A stretch of 64,000 nucleotides of DNA, taken from positions 10,600-74,599 of the forward strand of contig DAOUBT010000022.1 in NCBI GenBank assembly GCA_034432595.1, in the 5' to 3' direction. Below the pieces are notes generated by a model that saw nothing but the letters and a program-made list of their open reading frames with translations, did no database searches and was not told the origin of the DNA. Source of the DNA: Anaerolineae bacterium (lineage in GTDB: Bacteria; Chloroflexota; Anaerolineae; B4-G1; SLSP01). Below are positions 38,678 to 48,275 of the stretch, in pieces. The stretch's first letter is position 1; each line of letters opens with the position of its first letter. A program made the translations under genes and the position numbers.

Positions 38678-39533
38678 ATCAACGCGCTGGTTTCCGCCTG
38701 GCTTTTGGGCCCTGATCGGCTCGGCTTTCTGTTTTGGCTGGATTGGGACCCTGATGCGCCAGATTCATGCCACGCCCACGGCGACCATCGTCATCTACCG
38801 CTTACTGATCGGAGCCGCGGCGCTCTGGCTGATGGCGCGGCGTCCGCGCTGGCCGGGGACGGCTACGGAGCGCGTTCAGCTCATCGTTTCGGGCCTGCTC
38901 TACGGCGTCACCGCCATCCTGTATATTGGCGCTTACCGCTACACCAGCATCGCCAAAGCGGGATTTTTGCACTATCTGGCGCCGGTCTTCGTGGTAACAT
39001 TCGCGCCGCTTGTCCTGCACGAACGCTGGCGACCGATTTTATTCGGCGCCCTGGGCCTGGCCCTGGTGGGCGTGGTGCTTTTGCTCCGCCTGGACTGGCG
39101 GCACAGTTTGAGCCTGAGCACCTGGCGCGGCGACCTGTTAGCTGCCGCCTCCGCCGTAACTTACGCCGCCTACACACTGCTGGGACGGCGTATGCGCAGC
39201 GAAAATGCGCTTGCTACGGCTTTTTGGGTGCATCTTTTCGCGCTGCTGCCGGCTTTGGGGATGGGGCTTCTCGGTAGCGCAGGCGCCTTGCGCGTCGCAG
39301 CAGGCGATTGGCCCGGCGTTATCGGCTTAGGGGTCATCGCCTCCGCTTTTTCCTTTGCGCTCTTTTATCGCGGCCTGCGCATGATGCCCGCTTCGCAGGC
39401 CACGCTGATCATGCTGCTCTCGCCGGTCACCAACGCGCTGCTGGGCTACCTGCTGGCCGGTGAAAGCCTCACCTTCACGCAGGGAATCGGGGCCGCGCTC
39501 ATCCTGGCTGCCGCCGTGCTGGCACAGCGATAA
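38670..39533 (+). CDS. DMT-superfamily (EamA-type) transporter
   Basis: 10 TM helices, duplicated EamA halves. GTG start overlapping the MFS stop. Confidence 0.7.
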   Translation: MAKSTRWFPPGFWALIGSAFCFGWIGTLMRQIHATPTATIVIYRLLIGAAALWLMARRPRWPGTATERVQLIVSGLLYGVTAILYIGAYRYTSIAKAGFLHYLAPVFVVTFAPLVLHERWRPILFGALGLALVGVVLLLRLDWRHSLSLSTWRGDLLAAASAVTYAAYTLLGRRMRSENALATAFWVHLFALLPALGMGLLGSAGALRVAAGDWPGVIGLGVIASAFSFALFYRGLRMMPASQATLIMLLSPVTNALLGYLLAGESLTFTQGIGAALILAAAVLAQR

Positions 39534-39673
39534 AAAATTGACCCGCGCGCCATCCCTCAGCGGGATCGCGCCACCGTGCTGCGGCGAAGCCTGGAGCCTG
39601 ACAAGCGCAGGTCAGGACACATCACACAGCGGAACGATGAAGCATAAGCCGTACGTGAGGAATCCCAAAGCAG

Positions 39674-42600
39674 ATGACGATGAAGCCGGATATGACACCT
39701 TTGACGATTGGCCTTTTGCTCCATGACCCGACTTTGAACGCGACCTGGAGCGCCTGGCTGGAAGCCGAAGGGTACAGCGTGCGCTATCCACCGCAAGCGA
39801 TGGATGGATGCGACCTGTTCATCACCGATGCCGAAAGCCGCGGCACCCTCCTCCCCTGGGCAGAGCAAAAGCCCTGGCTGATTCTCCTGCCCGCAACGAC
39901 CGATGCGACCCCCTGGCTTGTTGCCGGGGCCTGGGATGTGCTGCGCGCTCCCGTCGCCCGCAGTGACCTGCTGGCCCGGCTGCGCCTCTACCAACGTCTG
40001 CGACAAGAAGAGCAACAAAGCATCGCCCTGCTGGACACGGTGAGTCAGAGCGCGCGACTTCTCATCCAGACCCCCGACCTGGACCTGGCTTTACCCTCTA
40101 CGCTGGAGGCTTTCGGCCAGCAGCTCAAGGCGCGTCGGGTATATCTGTACGAGCATAACTTCAACGAACGTGGCAAAAGCATCATCGAGAAGCGCGGGGA
40201 ATGGTTGGCGCCGGGCATGGAGGCGCTTCCTTCGTTACCGGATCGCGTTTATCTTGCCGGCATTCGGCTGGCCCATTGGGAAGATGAGCTGCGAGGAGGG
40301 GGCATCATTACCGGCCCGCTCAACAGCTTCACGGATCACGAACAGAGGTTGCTGCGCCGCTACGCCCTGCGCCACATCACCATCCTGCCGATTCATATCA
40401 TGGGGGAATGGTGGGGGCTGCTGGGCATAGATCGTGAAGCCGCGCCCCACCCAACGGAGCAGGTGACGCTGCGCCTGCTGCGTTCCGCCACCAACATCCT
40501 TGGCACAGCGATCCAGTTCCATTTGATGCGCGCGCAATTAACGCGCGAGAGTCAGACCTTAACGCTCCTGCAAACCTTTACCCGCATCGTGCAGGGATGG
40601 ACGGAAGCACAAAACCTGAGCGATCTTGGAACCCTGGCCTTGCGTGAAGTGTGCCACGTTATACAGGCACCGCGTGGGGTCATCTGGTTGAACGCTCCGC
40701 AGAGCGACCATCTGGACCTGATGGCCGCTTACGGCTATCCCCCTGAGCAACAAGCTATTCCCGGCGTTGTCACGCTGCGCCGGGATGAGGGCCTCGCGGG
40801 CTGGGTATTCACCACCCGCCAGAGCGCTTGTGTGGCGGATGTGCGCCAAGACCCGCACTGGGTCCATAAAGGCCGCATAGATGAAGATGTCATCGCTGCG
40901 ATCAGCGTCCCGCTCGTCAATCGTGATGAGGCCATCGGCGTGATGACGTTCACCCATCCACAAGCGGGCTTTTTTACCCTTCGCCACGTTGCCCTGGCCG
41001 AATCCATTGCTACCATCATCGCCGCGGTTGTCGCCAACGCGCGCCTCTACGCGGAAAGCCAACGCCGCACCCGCGAAGCGCATCTCCTGCGCGATATGAC
41101 CATTCAGCTCACCCGGAATCTGGACACCACGACGGTCATTGAGAGCATTCTGACCCTGCTACAGGAAGCTGTCCCTTATGACGATGCTGTTATTCAAAGC
41201 TACGACGCGGAACGTGAAACTCTCATCCTTCTGGGCGCACGCGGCTCCACCTTCGATCAAATCAGGTTACCCGCTCAAGTGCCCTTACGTCCGGAAAGCG
41301 ATAGTCCGCACGCCAGAATTCTCAAGGGCCATACACCCGTATTGATTACGGATGCCCAACAGAGTTATACCGAAATGCGCCACGCCTATTTCGGTGCCAT
41401 TCCCGGACGCTCCCTGTTGGGGGTTCCTTTGAACACTGAGCGCGGGGTCAAGGGGATGTTACTGCTGTCCAAAGCCGAGGCGGATTACTACACACCTCAC
41501 CACCTGCGCCTGCTCAACGCCTTTGCCGCCGCGGCGGCCATCGCCCTGGAAAATAGCGAACTTTTCGCCCTGGAGCAGGCGCAACGGCACTTAGCCGAAG
41601 CCCTCATGCACGCGGCTCACCTTGTCAATCAGAGCCTGGACTGGGAAACCGTCGTGGAGCGCATCCTGGAGCAGGCAGGCAACGTGGTGCCGGGGGATAG
41701 CTTCAACGTGATGATACTGGAAGGCGACCACGTGCACATGGTCTATCGCCTCGCCGATCAGGAGAATGGTAGCCGCATGCCGCAGGACATTCCCCTTTCG
41801 TCCTTGCCTTTGTTGCAGCATGTGTTGGAAACGGGCGCGCCCCTCATCCTGGACGATACGGCGCAGGATGCGCGCTGGGTTCCGCTCGAAAGTGCGCGCG
41901 ATGTGCGCTCCTATCTCTGCGTCCCCATCCGCTATGGCGCAAAAATCATGGGCTTCCTGAACGTCAACGGACGTGCCCGCGCGCAATTCACGCCGCGCAT
42001 GGTGGACCATCTGCAAGCTTTTGCGGATCAGGTAGCTACGGCGTTGGAGCACGCGCGCCTGTACGAGCAACTTCGCGCTTATGCGGAGGAATTGGAACAG
42101 CGCGTCGCCGAGCGCACCCAACACCTCCGCGCGCAGACAGCGCGTTTAGAAGCTGTGCTCAGCAGCATCAACGAGGGCCTGATGGTGTTGCGCTCCGATG
42201 GCACCCCGCTCCTCACCAATCCCGTGGCCCGGCAGTGGCTTGAGGAAGCCTTACCAGAAGAGGACCTCCAAAAGCTCATGGTAACCCTGCAAGACCTGGC
42301 CGCCCGCTCTGCGGAACGTCCTACCGCCACCCTGGAACTGAACGGCCTGGATTTACACCTGCGGGCAGCGCCCGTAACCTGGAGCGAGACCGGCTCTCCC
42401 GATAGCGTCGTCACCCTCACCGACGTGACGCTCATCCGTGACCTGGAACGCATGAAGTCGCGCTTCATCACCAGCATTTCCCACGAGATGCGCACGCCCC
42501 TGACAACCATTCGCCTTTACATCCGACTGTTAGAGCACACCACTCCCGAAAGAGGCGCCGAGTACGTGCAGGCTATCAAAGCCGAAAGCGAGCGCCTGAT

Positions 42601-43159
42601 CACCATGTTTGAAGCTATCTTACAACTTTCACGCCTCGAAGCCGGACAAGTGGGTCTCCTTTTTCAACCTTTCAATCTGGCCGAGCTGGTTGAACAAGTC
42701 GTGGAATCCTTCCTGGGACGCGCGCAGCAAGAAGCTATTACCCTCAATTTCATCCAACCCGAAGCGCCTCTCATCATCCATGCCGACCGTAGTCAACTGA
42801 CCCTGGCCATTCAGCACCTGATTAACAATGCCATCCTGTACAACTCCAAAGGCGGCGAGGTGAACGTAACGCTGATGCGCGACACGAGCCATCATCCCCC
42901 TCGCGCCTGCCTGCGCGTGTGCGATACCGGCATCGGCATCCCGGAAAAAGAGCTACCGCACATTTTCGAGCGTTTCTACCGTGGCGAACAGCCGGTAGCC
43001 ATGCAGATTTCCGGCACCGGCCTGGGGCTGCCCATCGTGCAGGCGATTGTGAAACTGCACCGGGGCGAAATCAGCGTGGAAAGCAAGCCTGGAGAGGGCA
43101 GCTGCTTCACCATATGGCTGCCGCTTCCCAAGGATGAGGAGAAACAAACGCATTTCTAA
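39674..43159 (+). CDS. Cytoplasmic multi-GAF/PAS sensor histidine kinase with degenerate N-terminal receiver-like domain
   Basis: At least three GAF-like segments. H-box ISHEMRTPLTT; N/G boxes NAILYN / GTGLGLPIVQAIV. Confidence 0.85.
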   Translation: MTMKPDMTPLTIGLLLHDPTLNATWSAWLEAEGYSVRYPPQAMDGCDLFITDAESRGTLLPWAEQKPWLILLPATTDATPWLVAGAWDVLRAPVARSDLLARLRLYQRLRQEEQQSIALLDTVSQSARLLIQTPDLDLALPSTLEAFGQQLKARRVYLYEHNFNERGKSIIEKRGEWLAPGMEALPSLPDRVYLAGIRLAHWEDELRGGGIITGPLNSFTDHEQRLLRRYALRHITILPIHIMGEWWGLLGIDREAAPHPTEQVTLRLLRSATNILGTAIQFHLMRAQLTRESQTLTLLQTFTRIVQGWTEAQNLSDLGTLALREVCHVIQAPRGVIWLNAPQSDHLDLMAAYGYPPEQQAIPGVVTLRRDEGLAGWVFTTRQSACVADVRQDPHWVHKGRIDEDVIAAISVPLVNRDEAIGVMTFTHPQAGFFTLRHVALAESIATIIAAVVANARLYAESQRRTREAHLLRDMTIQLTRNLDTTTVIESILTLLQEAVPYDDAVIQSYDAERETLILLGARGSTFDQIRLPAQVPLRPESDSPHARILKGHTPVLITDAQQSYTEMRHAYFGAIPGRSLLGVPLNTERGVKGMLLLSKAEADYYTPHHLRLLNAFAAAAAIALENSELFALEQAQRHLAEALMHAAHLVNQSLDWETVVERILEQAGNVVPGDSFNVMILEGDHVHMVYRLADQENGSRMPQDIPLSSLPLLQHVLETGAPLILDDTAQDARWVPLESARDVRSYLCVPIRYGAKIMGFLNVNGRARAQFTPRMVDHLQAFADQVATALEHARLYEQLRAYAEELEQRVAERTQHLRAQTARLEAVLSSINEGLMVLRSDGTPLLTNPVARQWLEEALPEEDLQKLMVTLQDLAARSAERPTATLELNGLDLHLRAAPVTWSETGSPDSVVTLTDVTLIRDLERMKSRFITSISHEMRTPLTTIRLYIRLLEHTTPERGAEYVQAIKAESERLITMFEAILQLSRLEAGQVGLLFQPFNLAELVEQVVESFLGRAQQEAITLNFIQPEAPLIIHADRSQLTLAIQHLINNAILYNSKGGEVNVTLMRDTSHHPPRACLRVCDTGIGIPEKELPHIFERFYRGEQPVAMQISGTGLGLPIVQAIVKLHRGEISVESKPGEGSCFTIWLPLPKDEEKQTHF

Positions 43160-43384
43160 CGTCAGTGCCGGGGGCCAGACTTGACTCTACACCCGCCTGA
43201 CTACAATAAAGAGTCGTCGCAGCGGATACGGAACAAGTACCGGGCAGATCGAGACCCCGCATCCATGCTTTTGGGTGGTCAGGCCTATCTCTGGTCAAAG
43301 CGGGGAAACGGACACAAGCGACACGATACGGCCCGGATACATCAGGAAAATCACTCACTTTGCAAGGTAAGAGGAGGCAAACCT

Positions 43385-44356
43385 ATGAAACGCATTGCAG
43401 TTTTGACCAGTGGTGGAGACGGCCCTGGCCTGAACCCCTGCATTCGTGCGGTCGTGCGGCAGGGTCTGCATCGCGGATGTGAGGTGTTCGGCGTCAAATG
43501 GGGTTACGCAGGTCTTATCCGTGATGAAATCATTCCCCTCACCGCGCGCGACGTGGGCGGGATCATTGGCAAGGGCGGCACGATCCTCGGCACGGCGCGC
43601 TGCCCGGAATTTGCGGATATCAAAGTGCGGCGCACGGCCCTGCGCACCATGAACCAACACGGCATTGAGGGCCTTGTCGTTATTGGCGGTAACGGCTCGC
43701 TCACGGGCGCGCTGCGCCTGCACGAGATGGGCTTCCCCGTCATCGGCGTCCCCGGCTCGATTGACAACGATATTGACGGCACGGATATGGCAGTCGGCGT
43801 GGATACCGCGCTGAACACCATTCTGGATGCCATTGACAAAATCAAGGACACGGCCAGCTCGCATCAGCGCGCTTTCCTCATCGAGGCGATGGGGCGCAAC
43901 TGCGGCTATCTTACTCTGGCCGCAGGTCTCGCCGGCGGCGCGGAACTGATCCTGATTCCGGAGCGGGAAGGGCCATCCCTGGAGAAAATCGCCGAGGTCA
44001 TCGTGGATGCTTATGTGCGCGGCAAAGGGCACTGCATTATCATGATTGCCGAAGGCTGGAAGCCGGGCACGCAGGCCGTGGCGCAGTACCTGCAGGAACG
44101 CCGCGAGGAGTTGGGCTTCGATGTGCGCGTTACGGTGCTCGGCCACGTGCAGCGCGGCGGGCGGCCCTCGGTGTTCGACCGCGTGTTAGCCACGCGCATG
44201 GGCGCGGCGGCGGCCAATGCTTTAATTGATGGCGAACGCGGCAAGATGGTGGCGCTGCAGGGCAACAAGCTCAATCTCATCCCGCTCGAAGAAGCCGTGG
44301 CGCGCCTCAAGCCGCTCAGCCCGCAGCTCATCGAACTGGCCGACGCGATGGATTAG
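43385..44356 (+). CDS. pfkA: ATP-dependent 6-phosphofructokinase
   Basis: MKRIAVLTSGGDGPGLN, GGNGSL, MGR motifs. AGGAGG SD. The ORF-track start at 43181 is an upstream extension. Confidence 0.9.
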   Translation: MKRIAVLTSGGDGPGLNPCIRAVVRQGLHRGCEVFGVKWGYAGLIRDEIIPLTARDVGGIIGKGGTILGTARCPEFADIKVRRTALRTMNQHGIEGLVVIGGNGSLTGALRLHEMGFPVIGVPGSIDNDIDGTDMAVGVDTALNTILDAIDKIKDTASSHQRAFLIEAMGRNCGYLTLAAGLAGGAELILIPEREGPSLEKIAEVIVDAYVRGKGHCIIMIAEGWKPGTQAVAQYLQERREELGFDVRVTVLGHVQRGGRPSVFDRVLATRMGAAAANALIDGERGKMVALQGNKLNLIPLEEAVARLKPLSPQLIELADAMD

Positions 44357-44412
44357 CCCCGTTGCCGACCAGATACCGCGTCGGCTCCCAAAGCTTTGCA
44401 CACACAAAACCA

Positions 44413-44440
44413 CAGGCGCCCCTCGTGCGGGGGGCGCCTG
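44413..44440. terminator. Bidirectional intrinsic-terminator-like hairpin between convergent pfkA and the M24 peptidase gene
   Basis: caggcgcccctcgtgcggggggcgcctg, with a U-rich tract on the minus-strand transcript (ugguuuugugugug). Confidence 0.5.
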
Positions 44441-44462
44441 AACGTTTCCACGCCTACCCGGA

Positions 44463-45701
44463 TCAGCCCCGTACCGGCACCACCAGCTCGTAAGGGAACT
44501 CCGTCAGGCACGTGATGTGACCGGCGGCATCAATGGCCATCACATCCTCTAAGCGCACGCCCATCCCCTGTTCGGGATAATACAACCCCGGCTCCACGGT
44601 AAAGACGTGCCCCGCCTCAAGGCGCTGCGTGGCCGTGGGCAGGTCGCGGAAGAAAGGTACCTCGTGCACGTCCAGCCCTAATCCATGCCCAATGCTGTGG
44701 ATGTAGCCGCTGAGCGTGGCCGGGTCTTCACGCAGGGTTACGTAACCGCGCTGCTGGAAATAATCACACGTCATCTGCTGATAGGTGCGCGTAGCTTCGC
44801 CAACACGAAAAGCGGCCTTGAGATGTTGCAAACAGCCGTACACGTCGGCGTAGAGTTTTTCCAGCGCCTCCGGCGCGTAGCCCAACGCGAAGGTGCGCGT
44901 GAAATCGAAGAAATAGCCGCCGCCGCTTTCCTGCGGGAAAATATCAAAGACGATGCTCTCCCCAAGGCGCATGGGCGCGTCTAACGTGCCCTTGCTGTGC
45001 GGGATGCCAGCGTCGCGCCCGGTGGCAAAAATGAAGCCTTCCGGATCCTGCAAACCATGCGCGGCAATGCGGGAGCGGATGAAGGCGTGCACATTCCCCA
45101 CGCGCAACACCTCACCATCGGCGCGTCGCAAGAGGCCCTGTGCGTCCGCGCGATGCCCGCTGAGGAAATCCACCGTATCCTGTACCACAGCCTGCGTGCG
45201 CTGCCCCACGGCGCGGATGCGCGCCACCTCCTCCGCGCTCTTGGTAGCACGCGCGGCCAGAATCAGGCTATCGTCCAGCTCTCCGACGACGTCCACATCC
45301 GACAAAGCCGATGCCAGCGCCTGCAAGCGCCGATACGCCGCCCCCTGATCCTGCAGCCCGTAAAAGGCCACCCGGCCCCGCACGCCCAGCTCGGCGAAGA
45401 TGCGGCGATAGTAAGCCACCTCGGCAGCCAGCGCGTCCCCTTGCGCGGCCCGGAGCAGGCCCGCGTAATCGAAATCAGAGACGAGACGCACAGCATAACC
45501 GGCCCGGGCCGCCTCCTCGCGTTCCATCGGGTTGGCAATGACCACCGGCGCCGCGCCGCGCTTGTGGATGTAGAGCGTGGCTTTACCCACCGGCACACCT
45601 TTCATCACGTAAAACATGGGGGGATTGGCGTGCGTCGTCCCCGCCACCACAATAGCATCGAGCTTCCGCTCGGTCATCAAACGTTCCAGGTCTTCTAACA
45701 T
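44463..45701 (-). CDS. M24-family Xaa-Pro aminopeptidase
   Basis: Creatinase/prolidase N-domain plus pita-bread metal ligands (HSIGHGLGLDVHE, VFTVEPGLY). AAGGAGG SD. Confidence 0.85.
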   Translation of the reverse strand: MLEDLERLMTERKLDAIVVAGTTHANPPMFYVMKGVPVGKATLYIHKRGAAPVVIANPMEREEAARAGYAVRLVSDFDYAGLLRAAQGDALAAEVAYYRRIFAELGVRGRVAFYGLQDQGAAYRRLQALASALSDVDVVGELDDSLILAARATKSAEEVARIRAVGQRTQAVVQDTVDFLSGHRADAQGLLRRADGEVLRVGNVHAFIRSRIAAHGLQDPEGFIFATGRDAGIPHSKGTLDAPMRLGESIVFDIFPQESGGGYFFDFTRTFALGYAPEALEKLYADVYGCLQHLKAAFRVGEATRTYQQMTCDYFQQRGYVTLREDPATLSGYIHSIGHGLGLDVHEVPFFRDLPTATQRLEAGHVFTVEPGLYYPEQGMGVRLEDVMAIDAAGHITCLTEFPYELVVPVRG

Positions 45702-45919
45702 CGTGCCTCCTTGAAGTCAACCGCCCAGGGCATGGGGAAATAGCCACCCGGCTTGTGGTTGCGAAACGCGAGAAAAGTCATGATCCGTCAAGAAGCGTTC
45801 ACAGCGCAAAAGGCGCTGTGGCCATGCTGCCCCCGGCAGCAAAAAACAGCCCGTCCAGAAAACTCCAGCGACCAACAAAAAGACTCGCCCGCGCCTCACG
45901 GCGTTGGCGAGTCCTCATG

Positions 45920-46021
45920 CTAAAGCCATCCCTGCAATCCCACGTAGGCCAGAACGGCCAGCAACGCAACGGTCAGCATCAAACGCCAGCCCAAATCCAT
46001 AATCCAGGGCTTCATCTGCAT
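45920..46021 (-). CDS. Candidate 33-aa hydrophobic micro-protein MQMKPWIMDLGWRLMLTVALLAVLAYVGLQGWL
   Basis: AAGGAGG SD 8 nt upstream. TTGGCA-16-TATAAT promoter at 46060-46087 on the minus strand. One predicted TM helix. Confidence 0.35.
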   Translation of the reverse strand: MQMKPWIMDLGWRLMLTVALLAVLAYVGLQGWL

Positions 46022-46193
46022 TTCGCTTTCGGCCTCCTTAAGAGTTTGTTGCCCGGTCAATTATACCCCAATCAAACGAAATGCCAACCCAGGCGAATCG
46101 TCCCCCTTAACTTGCCGGGCGCAGGATGCGCACCACCGATCGCAATCCGCGAGGCCGTCCCCCCGGCCATCGGTCAGAAGCGACCGTGCCGCC

Positions 46194-48017
46194 TCACGCC
46201 TCCATGAGGGCCATCTGCCGGCGATAGAGCGCCGCGTATAGGCCATCCTGCGCGAGCAGCTCCGCATGGCGTCCCTGCTCCACGATGCGGCCTCCCTCCA
46301 ACACATAGATGCGGTCCGCGTGCTGCACCGTGCTTAAGCGGTGAGCAATGATGAGCGTCGTGCGCCCCTGCAAGAGCCTCACCAGGGCATCCTGAATCAA
46401 GGCCTCGGTGAGCGTATCCACGCTGGCCGTCGCTTCGTCCAGAATCAAGATGCGCGGATTGGCAAGCAGCGCCCGCGCGATGCAAATCAATTGCCGCTGT
46501 CCTACCGAAAAATTCGCGCCCCCCTCCTGCACCAGGGTGGCGTAGCCCTGCGGCAGGGCGGCGATGAAATCGTGCGCGTGCGTGAGACGCGCCGCCTGTT
46601 CGACTTCCTCATCCGTTGCCTCAGGCCGGCCAAAGCGGATGTTATCCGCCACCGTGCCGGGGAACAGGAACGGCTCCTGCGCCACCAACCCCATCTGCCG
46701 ATGCAAAGAGCGCTGCGTCACCCGCCGCACATCCACGCCGTCTATCAACACAGCGCCAGACGTGACCTCGTAAAAGCGCGCGATCAGATTGGCAATGGAC
46801 GTTTTCCCCGCGCCGGTCGGCCCCACCAGCGCCACCACCTCGCCCGGAGCGATGCGCAAGGAGATGCCGTGCAAAATCTCCTCATCCCCCCGGTAAGCGA
46901 AATGCACATCTTTCAGCTCGATAGCGCCCAGCACCGGCGGAAGCTCCTGCGCATCGGGGGCATCCTGTACCTGCGGCACGGTATCGAGCAGCTCCAACAC
47001 CCGTTCCCCGCCCGCCATGGCGGATTGGAGCGTGGTGTAAAGCTGACTCAAATCCTGAATGGGCTGGAAAAAGCGGCTGACGTAAGAAAGAAAAGCCACC
47101 ACCACGCCCAGGGTCACCGCGCCCTCCGTCACCCACTGCCCGCCAAACCAGAGCACAATCGCTGTCGCGACCATGCTCAACACGTCAACCGTGGGAAGAA
47201 AGACCATCGAAAGCGTCATGGCCTGAATGTTCGCGTCACGGTTGGCCCGGTTAAGGCTCTCGAAACGCTCGAAAGAACTCATCTCCTGAGCGAACGCCTG
47301 AATCACGCGCATCCCGGCCAGGGATTCTGCCAGATCGCCGATGATCGCCGCCACACGCGCGCGCGTCTCGCGGTAAGCCTGCTGCGCGTAGCGCGTGAAC
47401 ACGCTTGTCGCCAGCACCATCAAAGGAAACACCGTAAACGTGAGCAAAGCCAGGCGCGGACTGATGAGCAGCATGGTGATGATGATACCCGTCAGTATCG
47501 TCACATCGCCCAGTACCGTTACCAGGCCCTCGGTGAGCAGCTCGTGAATGACCGACACATCACTGATGACGCGGGAAATCGTCACCCCCACCAGATGCCG
47601 GTCGTGATAAGGAAGCCCAAGAGCCTGTAAATGTTCAACCATGCGCTGCCGCACATCCCGCAACACGCTCAGCCCCACCCAGGAAAGGAGATAATCCTGT
47701 CCGATGGTGGTGAAAAGCACCCCGAAAAGCAGGGCCGCCATCCAAAGCGATGTGCGCAACAAGCCCGACCAGTCCCCACCCGCGATGTGAACATCAATGG
47801 CGCGGCGCACCAGCAAAGGTGCGAGCAGGGTAAAGCCGGAATTCAGCAGCATCAAAGCCAGCGCGCCCAGCATGGGTACGCGATAGGGACGCACAAAAGC
47901 CAACAGGCGCACGAGAATGCGCCAATCGAAGCGCTCGGCTTTCTCACCCGCGCCAAAATCCTCCAGGGCGCCACGCGGCCCCATCATGCCCCGTGTAGAT
48001 GACAAATTCAAAGCCAT
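46194..48017 (-). CDS. ABC exporter, fused permease/ATPase (type I, MsbA-like), half of a heterodimer pair
   Basis: 6-TM domain plus Walker A GPTGAGKTS, signature LSVGQRQ, Walker B ILILDEATS. Confidence 0.9.
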   Translation of the reverse strand: MALNLSSTRGMMGPRGALEDFGAGEKAERFDWRILVRLLAFVRPYRVPMLGALALMLLNSGFTLLAPLLVRRAIDVHIAGGDWSGLLRTSLWMAALLFGVLFTTIGQDYLLSWVGLSVLRDVRQRMVEHLQALGLPYHDRHLVGVTISRVISDVSVIHELLTEGLVTVLGDVTILTGIIITMLLISPRLALLTFTVFPLMVLATSVFTRYAQQAYRETRARVAAIIGDLAESLAGMRVIQAFAQEMSSFERFESLNRANRDANIQAMTLSMVFLPTVDVLSMVATAIVLWFGGQWVTEGAVTLGVVVAFLSYVSRFFQPIQDLSQLYTTLQSAMAGGERVLELLDTVPQVQDAPDAQELPPVLGAIELKDVHFAYRGDEEILHGISLRIAPGEVVALVGPTGAGKTSIANLIARFYEVTSGAVLIDGVDVRRVTQRSLHRQMGLVAQEPFLFPGTVADNIRFGRPEATDEEVEQAARLTHAHDFIAALPQGYATLVQEGGANFSVGQRQLICIARALLANPRILILDEATASVDTLTEALIQDALVRLLQGRTTLIIAHRLSTVQHADRIYVLEGGRIVEQGRHAELLAQDGLYAALYRRQMALMEA

Positions 48018-48275
48018 GACCCGTCTCCTGCATGAATGACGGTGGGCGGACGACCACCCGGATCACCCCTACGCCGCCCCCTCATCATTTTGTAAAATCT
48101 CTATTGATCGGCTCCAGGCTGGCGGTTGAACCTATGCCTGAAGCCGGGCGGGCAACAACAAGCCATCGCCCATCAGGCTATAGCTCGCTCTGACGTGAAC
48201 CCCCAGACCGAAGAAACAAAGCCCTTCGAGCTATCCGTAGCTCCCAGCGGGGCTTTTTACCCTCTCAGCCCGGCT

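Noticed and set aside
43181-43384. 68-aa N-terminal extension of pfkA proposed by the ORF track
   Set aside because: The conserved PFK N-terminus MKRIAVLTSGGD starts at ATG 43385 with an AGGAGG SD. The upstream frame is not PFK-like.
48018-48275. Internal promoter or small gene in the 258-bp spacer between the two ABC exporter genes
   Set aside because: There is no convincing -35/-10 pair or SD-linked ORF. Only a short palindrome (gagctatccgtagctc) and a weak plus-strand hairpin were seen.
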